64,000 nt of DNA from an uncultured Pseudomonadota bacterium (GCA_963836235.1 CAWIIP010000001.1:320001-384000), one strand, 5' to 3'; positions 51,025-61,450 are shown, counted from the first letter of the stretch. Notes: a model not told the origin generated them from the letters alone. Numbers and translations are program-made.

Positions 51025-51198
51025 CCATAGGTGCTATTTTAGCAAAATGTCGAAAAATTATTGTCCCCTCGTAACAAAGAGTCTGGCTGGACTTCCTCCG
51101 AAAAAATAGGCATCTGAAAGGCGAGGCGAACCTAAAGTGTTGAATGTTGGCTCTTTGTTTCAGTACCTTCAAAGCTCGCTAGCCGCGTTGTGATCTTC

Positions 51199-52051
51199 TC
51201 ATTCCTTCACAGCATGAGTTTTTATTCCGCGTCCTAAAACACCTGCTAATTTCTTTTCATCATCGTTCAGCCGATGGAATAGATCGACCGCCCTTTTATC
51301 ATATCCCGCCCGAACATAGATCTTCCGAATTCCATTGATCGATATCTCTTTCAAACGATCATCCTCGCTGAATAAATTTTTTCGAAGAATATCAAAACAC
51401 CAGTCGAAAACCATGGCGTTATCAGAAATAATTGACATCGCCTTTTCCCGAACGGATTTTCTCGAATCTTTTAACGATCTTGTCACGATTTGTTTTTCCG
51501 AAGAATCTTTCAGATCACCTATTAAATTCATAATGCTCAAAACCGACTCCTGATCGTCGATTCGCGTGTCGAACGCCTTTAATAAAACATTACCTTTGTG
51601 ATCGATCTCCATGTTTTTGAGACACGTCAAATCGTCCTCAAAATCCTTAATCCCAACATAAGGTAAAAGGTATTTTCCCAATTCAACACTCTGACTTTCG
51701 CAAATTTGGTGCATGGCCTCTTTCTTAACCAAATTGACCTCTTTGGAATTTTCAGAACTCAACAAAATATTTTGAAGAGCTTGCATTCTAGGAACCGACT
51801 TACTATTTCGAAGTTCTACCAAAGCTTGCAAATTGTAGAATTTGATAGATGCCATCCATGACAACAATGCGTCCGATGTGCTGTCGTTGATAGATGCCAA
51901 ATATTTCGCAAGCTCATCCAAGTTCGTTTTAGGATCCGCTTTCGTCAAATAAGGAAGGACCCAATCCGTGCCGATCGTCGTTCCTAATTTCCGAACGATG
52001 TCAAAGACAGTCTTTTGGTTTTGTCTCTCAATAACGGCGTCAACTAACCAT
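51199..52051 (-). pseudogene. 3' part (HEAT-repeat-like) of the NHL/HEAT gene split by IS1380
   Basis: Joins in frame with 53761-55718 once the IS and one TSD are removed (..DEKSL|KWLVDAV..); LKDSRKSVREKAM HEAT-like repeats. Confidence 0.8.
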
Positions 52052-52056
52052 TTAAG

Positions 52057-53760
52057 CCCGGATTTCCCAGATGGAATTTCCTTTCGAGTATAATAAGACA
52101 ACGTTTGGCCATATAAACAAAGGTTTTTCTTCGTGTTGGGGAACATGAGAGGGGGAAATGCAATGGGTGAAGGCGGAAAAGACGCTCTTCGGGTGGTTTT
52201 TGACCCTGGCCTCAAGTTGGAGTTCCATGGTGCGAAGGTCACTTCCGATGGCGGGTTGATTCCCTATCGCGAACTCGACGAAGCTTTTGGTTTGACTGAC
52301 AGAACAGAAAACATCCTTTGGGATCGGCGGACCGGTAAGAATACGCAACACACGATTACGGCGCTTCTTCGCCAGTCGGTATTCAGCCGCTTGGCCGGTT
52401 ATGAGGATACCAACGACGCAGAACGCCTGAGTGTCGATCCTGCGATGCGGCATGTGATCGGAGGACGGGCCAGGGAAAAACAGGCCGCCTCCACCAGCCA
52501 GATGGGTCGTTTCGAGACGGAGGTCCTCACCCAGTCGAAGAATTTGACCGGCTTAATTGACTTATCGGGCCAATGGATCGATGGAGTCCATGAGAAAAAG
52601 CCCATACAACAGATCATCCTCGACATGGATAGCTCAGTGAGCGAGACCTACGGGGATCAGGAAGGTTCCTTGTACAACGGTTACTTTGGCTGTACCTGTT
52701 ACCATCCCCTGTTTTGCTTCAACCAGTTCGGCGATTTGGAACGGGCTATGTTGCGCAACGGCAATGTGGCCAGTGCCCACGAATGGCGTTCGGTTCTTGA
52801 ACCGGTAGTTGCCCGCTACCGGGGTCTTTCCATCAGCCGGTTTTTCCGGGGTGACGCGGCTTTCGCCCGTCAGGAACTATACGAATACCTAGAAGACGAA
52901 GGATATCTTTACGCGATCCGCCAACCTGCCAATGCCATACTCCAACGGGAAATCGAGCCATTTTTAACCCGTCCCGTGGGCCGCCCCTCCCACAAGCCGG
53001 TTGTCCGGTTTCACAGCTTCCAATACCAAGCCGTCAGCTGGGACAAACCCCGCCGCGTGGTGGCGAAGATCGAACATCACAACGGGGAATTGTTCCCAAA
53101 GGTGGGTTTCATCGTAACGAACATGCGACGACCGGCACCCCAGGTGGTGAAATTCTACAACGGAAGAGGCACGGCTGAGCAGTGGATCAAAGAGGGAAAG
53201 TATGCGATGAAGTGGACAAGACTAAGCTGCCACGACTTCGCGGACAACCAAGTGCGCTTACAACTATTCGCCCTGGCCTACAATCTGGGCAACTTCCTGC
53301 GCCGACTGGCACTGCCAGAACTGGTGAAACATTGGTCGCTAACGACCTTGAGGGAAAAACTCATCAAGATCGGGGCTAATGTCATCCGTCATTCGCGGTA
53401 CGTTATTTTCCAGATGGCGGAGGTGATGGTTTCCCGACGCCTGTTTGCTGAAATCCTCAATCGGATACGGCTACTGGCAATGGTAAGGCCGCGAGCGCCA
53501 GTACTGCGATAACCGCAGGAAGGCATCAAGGCTTCAACCCGAGCGACTACCGCAGGATAGGTGTGCGCTCACAACGAGAATTGGCTTTCCAGAAGGTCAA
53601 TTTCAGCTTTTTTGGGCACAGAAACCTTTTCCTGGGGCTTATTTCAGTGGCCCAGGACGGAAAATTCCGGATTCGGATGGAAGAAGCGGGGGGGGGGCGA
53701 TATAATGAGAAACAAATTACCCGGCAATGTTTTCAGAGAAGGTCATCTGGGAAATTCCGG
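52057..53760 (+). mobile_element. IS1380-family insertion sequence (1704 bp)
   Basis: Terminal IRs CCCGGATTTCCCAGATG / CATCTGGGAAATTCCGG (15/17); 5-bp TSD TTAAG at 52052-52056 and 53761-53765. Confidence 0.93.
52133..53512 (+). CDS. IS1380-family DDE transposase
   Basis: TSDGG, AGYED.ND, LDMDS, YHPL, RGDAAF and YNGRG.AEQWIKEGK motifs; start may be ATG 52163. Confidence 0.95.
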   Translation: MLGNMRGGNAMGEGGKDALRVVFDPGLKLEFHGAKVTSDGGLIPYRELDEAFGLTDRTENILWDRRTGKNTQHTITALLRQSVFSRLAGYEDTNDAERLSVDPAMRHVIGGRAREKQAASTSQMGRFETEVLTQSKNLTGLIDLSGQWIDGVHEKKPIQQIILDMDSSVSETYGDQEGSLYNGYFGCTCYHPLFCFNQFGDLERAMLRNGNVASAHEWRSVLEPVVARYRGLSISRFFRGDAAFARQELYEYLEDEGYLYAIRQPANAILQREIEPFLTRPVGRPSHKPVVRFHSFQYQAVSWDKPRRVVAKIEHHNGELFPKVGFIVTNMRRPAPQVVKFYNGRGTAEQWIKEGKYAMKWTRLSCHDFADNQVRLQLFALAYNLGNFLRRLALPELVKHWSLTTLREKLIKIGANVIRHSRYVIFQMAEVMVSRRLFAEILNRIRLLAMVRPRAPVLR

Positions 53761-55718
53761 TTAAGACTTTTTTCATCTCTTGGTAGTTCAGGTTCGATAT
53801 TAAAAACCGAAGATATCTTTATGACCGCATTCCAAATCGCAAGACGCATCCCTAAATTTTCATCCTCGACATACTGATTCAATTCGTTCAAAGAGTCTTT
53901 ATTACCTACATCCGACAACAGATTCGCGGCATTGATTCGGATTTCATCATCTTTGTTGTTCAAGGTTTTATAAAGAAGTTGCAAATAATTAGCATAGTTA
54001 GACCTCAAATTCATTGAGATCGGACCATAAAAAGAAGAGCCGCCATCTCCTTTAGTTTGGGTTTCGACTCCCGCGGCGATCAAATCGAACGCCTGTCCGA
54101 AGCCGAAAACATCAGGACGGAGCAACACATGAGCAAAGACGAACTTGCGAAAAGCCGACGATCGGTTCCAAAACGGTGTTAAACCATAATAACCGTCTAG
54201 GGCATCGTCTCGAACTCCGGATAAAAACAAATCTTGCAAGACTTGTTTTTTTTGTTTTTCATATTTTTTATCCGCGAACTTGTCCAAACCGGCAATGATC
54301 GTATTTCTTTGGCCGACCCCATCTTTATAGTTTTCGATGAACTTGACGTGGGCCTCGAACGATTTCTCGCCGCCCAAAGTGCTCAAAACGTTCCAGTATT
54401 GATAAGAAAAATGTGGTTCTCCGTTCAAGAAACGCTCGGCCAATTCATCCGCTATACGCGTATTTCCCTCCGTGATCAATATCTTTTCCGCGCTACTCAT
54501 CGAATCATTCGCGTCATTGGTCAAGATTTCCGAAACCGCGTTCTGAAGCGAGGCGTTTTCATTTTTTATTCCCGGCTCCAAAAACTTATCATGGACGACC
54601 ATATCCACTTCCCGAACACGAAAGTAGCCGTCATCGGCGATATATAAATTGCCCCAACGGTCCACGGTGATCCCCGCGGGGGGCCACATCGCGGCGGAGA
54701 TGGCGGGTACACCATCGTTCATATCGCCCTGCAATCCGTTTTTTCCTGCCACCACCGTGATAAGTCCATCAACGTCCACTTTTCGTACGTTGTATTTATA
54801 TTCATCTTGGATATAAAAATTACCGAACCGGTCCGTCGCCAAGTTGATGGGTGACATCGCCGCCATTGTCGCCAGGCCATCATCCCCCGAATATTCAGTA
54901 ACACCCGTACCCGCCACGGTCGTGATAGTTCCATCCTGATCGATTTTCCTGATGCGATGATTTTGGTAGTCAACGAACAAAAGATCCCCGGAAGAATCAA
55001 AAACCATTTTGGCTGGAAGGTTGACCTCCGCGTTGATTGCTGGTCCCCCGTCGCCGCTAAACCCTGCGGTTCCATCCCCGCAAACCGTCGTGATGATCCC
55101 ATTTTGTTCGATCTTGCGGATCCGATTGTTATAGGAGTCGGAAATATATATGTCACCGTTCTGATCCACGGCGATACCGCTCACCCAATTCACCTTTGAT
55201 TGTGTCGCGGGGCCTCCATCACCTGAATAACCTGACACGCCACAACCTGCCACGGTGGAGATTAGGTCATTGGTATCCACTTTTCTCACCAAATAATTTC
55301 TAGCGTCACTGAAATATAGATTATTTTGACCGTCGGTGGTCAATGCACAAGGATTGTTCAAAGGCACCCAGATCGCTGGATTCGTTTGACCAGGACCCGA
55401 AGCCCCACATTTTCCATTTCCCGCTATGGTTCTAATGATTCCATGAGCATCAATTTTTCGAATACGGCAATTATCAAAATCGGAAATATAGATGCTGCCT
55501 GAAGAATCAGAACAAATCCCGATGATTTGACCCAAACCGGCGTTTTTGGCCGGCCCTCCATCGCCCGAATAACCAAAACCCATACCTGCAATGGTTTTTA
55601 TAATCGGTATATGTTTCTTGGGATTGTCCGCCTTCAATTTAATTTCGTCAGCCGCACAAATACTGGCTGAAAATAAAAAACAGAAAATAAAAAAAATCAT
55701 ATAACCTTTCAATTTCAA
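53761..55718 (-). pseudogene. 5' part of a secreted NHL (teneurin-like) repeat + HEAT repeat protein, interrupted by IS1380
   Basis: Signal peptide; GYSGDGGPA..A.. / IYISD..NNRIRKI repeats; NKDDEIRINAANLL HEAT-like. Confidence 0.85.
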
Positions 55719-55739
55719 ATAAATCTCCCTTAAATATCA

Positions 55740-55771
55740 TCTATCCACTACGGATCCCCGTCGCGGACAAC
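55740..55771. repeat. 32-bp palindromic site, copy 2
   Basis: TCTATCCACTAC-GGATCCCC-GTCGCGGACAAC. Confidence 0.8.
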
Positions 55772-55816
55772 CTTTTCATCGGTTCACGTATTCTTTATTC
55801 TCTTCGTACCTTTTAA

Positions 55817-56269
55817 TTATTTTCCATCAAACTCTATTTGGGTTGATTTTAACTTTATCATTTTCAAGATTTCCCTGATGGTTTTCCTAGAAAATGGCTT
55901 GCCTATAAAAAGGGGCGCGTAGGGTTTCATTTCTTTGTAATAAATATCCACTCCACGAAGAATACCCTCATGAGGTGTAACCTTTGTAATGTCCGTCCAT
56001 TGAACCCGTCGAACAAATTTTTTGTAGCTAAAAAATGAATATTCGAGCGCCTCATCATCGATCTTAATCTGAGATGTCCAATAAATAAATCCATAGATTA
56101 CCCAGCCAAATCCCCCTAGCAAGAAAAACAAAATAATCAAAAGATAATTTTTTAAATATAACCCGATTACGAAGGGAAAAATAAAATTAGAAATCAATAA
56201 CGCTGAAGAGAAGCACAAAGAACCTATTGAGCTTCGATAAACGGTTAATAATCTTAAATTTTCATTCAT
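55817..56269 (-). CDS. Membrane protein with bacterial PH-like domain (cassette)
   Basis: Two TM helices then IKIDDEALEY...VQWTDITKV; ATG 56269; AT-rich. Confidence 0.65.
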   Translation of the reverse strand: MNENLRLLTVYRSSIGSLCFSSALLISNFIFPFVIGLYLKNYLLIILFFLLGGFGWVIYGFIYWTSQIKIDDEALEYSFFSYKKFVRRVQWTDITKVTPHEGILRGVDIYYKEMKPYAPLFIGKPFSRKTIREILKMIKLKSTQIEFDGK

Positions 56270-56283
56270 AAAGCCCTTTTCGA

Positions 56284-56315
56284 TTGGTCCACCCAATCTC
56301 CCCGTAAGGAACAAC
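56284..56315. repeat. 32-bp palindromic site, copy 3 (degenerate left arm, variant right arm)
   Basis: TTGGTCCACCCA-ATCTCCCC-GTAAGGAACAAC. Confidence 0.65.
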
Positions 56316-56351
56316 CTTTAGAAGCTATTTTAGCCAAATGTCGAAAAAAGT

Positions 56352-56383
56352 ATTGTTTACTCCGGGTCCCCGTCGTGGACAGC
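56352..56383. repeat. 32-bp palindromic site, copy 4
   Basis: ATTGTTTACTCC-GGGTCCCC-GTCGTGGACAGC. Confidence 0.8.
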
Positions 56384-56393
56384 AAATTCGTTA

Positions 56394-56993
56394 TTAAACA
56401 ACGGATGGCCGGTTTAAATTAAAAATATCAATCCGCTTTTCTTCAAAGAGGTTTTCCAATTTCTTCGCCCCCTCATTTTCCACCAACCTGTATTCCTTTT
56501 CGGATATCGGGACAACCAATAGCCAAGTTAATTTCATGGTTTCAAGTTGGATTGTCTTATTGAGTTTGGCTGACCCTTCCCATGAGGAAGGTGGAGCGAA
56601 GAACACATGCCGGAGAGTTTTGGAGGCTTTATACATCGATACAACATCAGGGAATACCGCGCCCGGACAACAAAACCATTTTGAATTAATGACCGAAAAC
56701 GCAGCCGTCGCCAATATGTTTTCGAAATCCTTAAAATTCGATCCACAAGCTCCTACCAATTCCACCCTTGTATCAAATTCTTTTCCATCTTTTATTAAAG
56801 GATAATCTGATAAGCCTAACGTCCCATAAGAAGTGACCCCCACCTGCGGCTTATCAATACTTTTAAAAATATTAACGAATGATTTTTCCTTCTCATCCCC
56901 ATGGAGTATCACCCGTGGATCACCACCAAAAGTTTCTACCAGCGTTTTATATATCTCTTTTTGATCTTTGGTCGGCTTATCATTACGTTTCAT
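56394..56993 (-). CDS. Suppressor-of-fused (SUFU) domain protein, putative immunity protein (cassette)
   Basis: SYGTLGLS, RVELV, PG.VF, WLLVVPISEKE...G...LE..F...DI.NLNRPSVV SUFU pattern. Confidence 0.88.
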   Translation of the reverse strand: MKRNDKPTKDQKEIYKTLVETFGGDPRVILHGDEKEKSFVNIFKSIDKPQVGVTSYGTLGLSDYPLIKDGKEFDTRVELVGACGSNFKDFENILATAAFSVINSKWFCCPGAVFPDVVSMYKASKTLRHVFFAPPSSWEGSAKLNKTIQLETMKLTWLLVVPISEKEYRLVENEGAKKLENLFEEKRIDIFNLNRPSVV

Positions 56994-57012
56994 CTAATAT
57001 TCCTTTTAATTC

Positions 57013-57044
57013 TTTGTCCACGATGGGTCCCCCTCGTGGACAGG
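57013..57044. repeat. 32-bp palindromic site, copy 5
   Basis: TTTGTCCACGAT-GGGTCCCC-CTCGTGGACAGG. Confidence 0.88.
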
Positions 57045-57061
57045 TCAAATTGGTGGGAATT

Positions 57062-58276
57062 GTTGTTCCTTTTGGTCCAATTGAAAACCATTTTCTCCAA
57101 CCGCCTCAAGTAGGATTCCGAAAACAACATTTTCAGTTCCTTCCGCAGAAAATCCTCCTTCTCTTGGGGAAGCCCCAATAGGAGAGCAGTCCCATAGATC
57201 ACCATTTCAGCCGAAAGACGGTGATAACTGGTGGAAGCCTCAAAGTTGCTTCCTTCCTCATGAAATTGGCTTTCAACCTCCTTTCGAAGCTCGGAAGCCG
57301 AGAACCGAAGCCAATGATCCGTGGTCTTGGATGTAGGCAGATAGGCGGAAGCGAAAAGCAGGCCTACGATATCAGCCAAATAATGATTTGAACGAAGGTC
57401 GGGGTCCCATTCCAGGTGATTATAAATATGGGAGGCGTGCGCGAAAACGCTCTTGGCAAAAGCTTTCTTAAAAGACTCATCCCAAACAACGCCAAAGACA
57501 ACGAATAGATCGTAAGCCAGAAGCCAATTAGCCACTCGAATGGCCACATCCATCGTGCAAGACCAATTCACTCCAAAACGGGGTGGATTGGTGGCTGTAA
57601 AATCCAGTATCTGATTACGAAATTCACTGCGCAAAACCTCTTTTTTCCCTTGGTCTTGGGACAGGCCGAAGGCCAAGGCCAATTGAGGCAGGTGCTGGGC
57701 CCGGGCCAGTTCCCAAGGCACCTTCACATCCACCCCCGGAAGACGGCCATAACGGACGTTCGGGCTCCAAGTTTTTTCATCCCATCGGAACCCCGATTTG
57801 AAATCCAATTGCCAGTCGATAGGACTATAATTTTGTTCGATCAGACCCCACAAACGCCGGGACGTTTCCATGTTTGCCGGATTTATCCTTCCTATTAGCC
57901 ATCGACCCTCCGAATCGGCCGTGACCGGAACCTCAGGAGGAAACCGGTGACCTTCGACTCCTTTGCAATCTAAGCCGTAGGCGACCCGGACCCATCCCGA
58001 ACCCAGCAAATTAAACTCGTGATGGATGAAATGCTCCGTGTGGTCCCGGATAAGTCCGACAGGAAATAGAGCAGGATCGGGAAAAAGGCCCTTTATGATG
58101 GAGACCAGAGGCCCTTCCGGAAAGCGGGTCCGAGGTTTAAAGGTTGAGCTTTGGGCATCCTCCCTCCGTCTCCAGGTTTCCCAATAACGGATTTTAACTT
58201 TCCGGATAGCCTTCCGCACAACTATATGTGGCGGCATGGAGACGGCTCGTTTTATATAATGGAAAAAATTTTTCAA
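57062..58276 (-). pseudogene. Heparinase II/III-like protein, C-terminally truncated
   Basis: IDWQLDFKSG, DVKVPWELAR, NPP..GVNW...MDVAIR, SNHYLAD and EASTSYHRL motifs; lacks the C-terminal domain and runs into a repeat site. Confidence 0.75.
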
Positions 58277-58288
58277 CCGCGTCTCTCT

Positions 58289-59578
58289 TCAAACTAAGTT
58301 TTTAGGCTGTTTTAACCATTGACTGCTGATCATTCGGTTCTGATGATTTCCCCCAGGTTGGTACCATCGCTCCAAGGCCCAACAGGCCATCCGAGCCGAA
58401 AAAATCCAACCCGTGACATACGTCCCAATCACGTAAAAATCCCACGGGGATACCACTATTCCGTTTGCAGCATAAAATCCAACGCAGACTAGGAAGGGAA
58501 GGATTTCCAAAATCGGAGGTTTGACCCAAAAAACCAGGACCAAACCGATAACCATACAACGAATGAGTTTAACCCGCATATAAAACAATTTAGCCAATGC
58601 CTGGTGAAGAACAAAACCGGGATGTTGGGCCACGATATCCAAAGTCAGCCTTCGCATGACTTCCTCGTATTTCTCCGAATACATGGGCACACTTGGATCA
58701 ATCTTTCGGATAGCCCGGTCACCTGCCCCATCCCCATAAATTGGCTGATAGGGATTGGGAAGATAACCCAGTGCCCCGTAAATGGGGTGCCAAAAGGGAT
58801 GCCGGATGGGCCGAAGGACAAATGAGGGGTTATGGATTCGCAAAAAGGCGTCCCGGTGGTTTGCAAGGATATTGAATTGGATTTGAGGTAAAAAGAACCC
58901 CGTTGCCAAAATGGCCGCCAGTCCCAAACGCCGGCTCCAGGGAATTCCCTCTAAAGACATGAACCAAAAAAAAACGAATAAAAGGACTCCCGTGGAGGAA
59001 TGGATTCTCATCAGTTCCGCGTAGCCCAGGATGATTCCCACGCAGAACAGAACCGCTTGGGCCGCCCACGAACTTTGAAAAGGCCGAACTTTTAAGGACA
59101 CCAGCAGGGGGAGAATGGCCAAGGCTGGGTATCCCTGAATACTAAAGGTGTCGCCTATCGGAACCAACTGACGGAGAGCTGAAAAAACCAACAGAAATGC
59201 CGCGACCCGGGCGGGCCAACTCGGAAAAGCCCTCCAAAAAGACCACAAGGCGATGGCCGTGCAAAAAAAAGGGATCAGGGAAAAAAATAACTTTAGGCTG
59301 AAACTTAAATTCAATCCAAAAATCCGTCCCAAAATCGGCACAAAATAAAATATTCCCGGGTCGTCCAAGGAAATACCGGGAATATAACCGGCGGGAACCC
59401 ATTGGGAATTCACCCAACTGACCAAATCCGGCGCTCCGAGAGAATGGGCGTCAAAACAGCCTTGCAAAAACTGGAGCCGGTTGGGATTGATGTCAAAGTT
59501 CATGGTGAAGAAACGCTGGAGATTGCCAGGAAAAAAAACTTCCAAAAGAGTGTTCATGGTCTCCCTCAATGTATTCAT
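58289..59578 (-). CDS. Polytopic membrane protein of a polysaccharide locus (GT-C-like)
   Basis: About 10 hydrophobic segments; ATG overlaps the GT stop (ATGA). Confidence 0.65.
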   Translation of the reverse strand: MNTLRETMNTLLEVFFPGNLQRFFTMNFDINPNRLQFLQGCFDAHSLGAPDLVSWVNSQWVPAGYIPGISLDDPGIFYFVPILGRIFGLNLSFSLKLFFSLIPFFCTAIALWSFWRAFPSWPARVAAFLLVFSALRQLVPIGDTFSIQGYPALAILPLLVSLKVRPFQSSWAAQAVLFCVGIILGYAELMRIHSSTGVLLFVFFWFMSLEGIPWSRRLGLAAILATGFFLPQIQFNILANHRDAFLRIHNPSFVLRPIRHPFWHPIYGALGYLPNPYQPIYGDGAGDRAIRKIDPSVPMYSEKYEEVMRRLTLDIVAQHPGFVLHQALAKLFYMRVKLIRCMVIGLVLVFWVKPPILEILPFLVCVGFYAANGIVVSPWDFYVIGTYVTGWIFSARMACWALERWYQPGGNHQNRMISSQWLKQPKNLV

Positions 59579-60526
59579 GATCTCTCCTTGAGCTTTTCGA
59601 TGATCTTCCGGGTGTGTTCTTTCCAGGTGTACTTGGCTACGCACTCTTCCTGGGCGGCGCGGCCCAGCCGTTCCCGCAGGGGCTGATCCCCGGCCAAAAC
59701 CTTCAGCCCCTCTTTTAAAGAATCCTTATCTCCCGGCTTGACCATCAAGGCCGTTTCATTGGGTTTTAATATTTCCCCGATCTGGTCCAGGTTGGAAGCC
59801 ACAATACCCTTACCCATGGCCATATACTCGAACAACTTGGTGGGTGATCCAAAAAAAGGCGTTCCATCCGGGTTCGGAATATGGGGCGCCACCAGAATAT
59901 CGCAAGCCGCCAGGTAAGCGGGGCCTTCTGCCTGGGGCATGGTACCAGTCAGAACGCAAAGGTCCTTAACATAATACTTCCCGATGATTTCCTTCACCAA
60001 AGGCATGGCGATCCCGTCACCAATCATCAAAAGCCGCGTCTCGTCTCGGAATTTCGTGTCCCCCCGGGCCAGTTCGGCGAAAGCCCGGGCCAGCACTTCC
60101 GCCCCATGCCATTTCCCGAAAGTGCCGATGAAACCCAAAACTTTTTTTCCCTCCAAGCCGTATCTTTTGCGGATGGGGGACCCATCCACTTGCGGCGAAT
60201 ATTTGTCCGTGTCCACCCCGTTGGGATTGACCAGGATTTTTTCCGGATCAATCCCGCGCGCGGTCAGTTCGTCCTTCAGGGGCCTGCTGACCACCACCAC
60301 CAAATCTGCGGCTTGCAGGTTCACCTTCTCGATTTTTTTCGAAAGAGCCTCATACTTTAGGGGTTTTCCCCAGTGGCGGCTCACCCATATTTCGGACCCG
60401 TTATATTCCAGAACGAAGGGAAGTTTCTTCTCGCGGGCCAGCCGGAGCCCCGAATAGTCGTTAAGGCTGTAACGCTGGTAAATGAAGGACAAGGTTTCCT
60501 CCCCGAGGGAGGCCAGGGCCAAAAGG
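59575..60526 (-). pseudogene. GT4 glycosyltransferase, N-terminally truncated
   Basis: NPNGVD, GFIGTF..WHG and SPTKLFEYMAMGK motifs; begins mid-domain with an in-frame stop at 60535-60537 upstream. Confidence 0.78.
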
Positions 60527-60895
60527 GTTGCACACTATCCTTTTTGCGACAGGCATGTGCAGGGTCTCACTATCGCGGACAAACAACCATTCAATTCCTT
60601 TAAACCCCATCGAAATGCCATGGGTCAGTTTTACAAACGCTAACCACACCATTAGATTAAGTAAAACTTCAACTGAAATTCCCAATGCCGGTACTTGATC
60701 CATCTTGAGGTGTAACGTCCATAGGAGCGACATACCTAGCAACTTACCAGGCATAAGCCCTAATGCACCAACTCCCCCAAACACGAGCCCGATAACCGAA
60801 TCGTATGGCAAATGAAACAAGTGACTTGGGCACCAACAAAAAAGTTCAGCGACCACCTGCCAAACAATAAATACAGTCCAAAACTTTCGGTTCAT
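60461..60895 (-). CDS. Small membrane protein (cassette); ORF reads through the degenerate site
   Basis: ATG 60895; about 3 hydrophobic segments; the C-terminal ~40 aa are probably read-through. Confidence 0.55.
   Translation of the reverse strand: MNRKFWTVFIVWQVVAELFCWCPSHLFHLPYDSVIGLVFGGVGALGLMPGKLLGMSLLWTLHLKMDQVPALGISVEVLLNLMVWLAFVKLTHGISMGFKGIEWLFVRDSETLHMPVAKRIVCNPFGPGLPRGGNLVLHLPALQP
60527..60583. repeat. Degenerate/split site, copy 6
   Basis: Left-arm-like GTTGCACACTAT (60527-60538); GGGTCTCACT plus right arm ATCGCGGACAAA (60572-60583). Confidence 0.5.
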
Positions 60896-60935
60896 ATAGT
60901 GCCTTTCAATAATTTGGCTCCCTACGGTAAGCAAC

Positions 60936-60967
60936 CTTGTCCACGAAGGGTCCCCGTCGTGGACAAC
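60936..60967. repeat. 32-bp palindromic site, copy 7
   Basis: CTTGTCCACGAA-GGGTCCCC-GTCGTGGACAAC. Confidence 0.9.
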
Positions 60968-60983
60968 AAAAGTTTTTTGATGT

Positions 60984-61364
60984 TTACAACTTGTGAAAAG
61001 CCTTCAACTCCCCGTAATAATCCACATAAGCCAGCACCGCCATCAACCCATAGTACCCAACGATCAGCCACCTAGTTTTTTTGAGGTTATTTTTTAACAG
61101 AAGTTCCCAGGTCATTGCAAAAATAAAAGTTTGAACGGGAAAAAAGAAAGGAATCCAATTTTGGGTAAATCCAAAGAACAGCATTGAAAATGGAAAATGC
61201 AAATAGAGGTTCAAGTAAAAGATCATATACCGGCCCCAAAAGGAAGTTCCCATATCAATCAACTTATTTTCCACAACGATAAAGGAAAGGGTTATGTATA
61301 AAAAATCCAACCCCACCCAAAAAATGATATTCTTCCAATTTATTTTTCGAAGTTTTTTAATCAC
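60984..61364 (-). CDS. Small multi-TM membrane protein (cassette)
   Basis: 126 aa, very hydrophobic, AT-rich; GTG start with a GGGGAG RBS. Confidence 0.65.
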   Translation of the reverse strand: MIKKLRKINWKNIIFWVGLDFLYITLSFIVVENKLIDMGTSFWGRYMIFYLNLYLHFPFSMLFFGFTQNWIPFFFPVQTFIFAMTWELLLKNNLKKTRWLIVGYYGLMAVLAYVDYYGELKAFHKL

Positions 61365-61391
61365 GAGAACCAGCTCCCCGTTGCGGACTAA
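61360..61391. repeat. Degenerate site, copy 8
   Basis: ...AGCTCCCC-GTTGCGGACTAA; left arm eroded and overlapping the start codon. Confidence 0.5.
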
Positions 61392-61450
61392 TTAATTAGC
61401 TTTTCATATACTCAAAAAATTGGTCTCAGGCCGACATTATCCATTTCGGG

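Noticed and set aside
51199-52242. 347-aa ORF as an independent gene
   Set aside because: Its first ~62 codons lie inside IS1380; it is the 3' half of the interrupted NHL/HEAT gene
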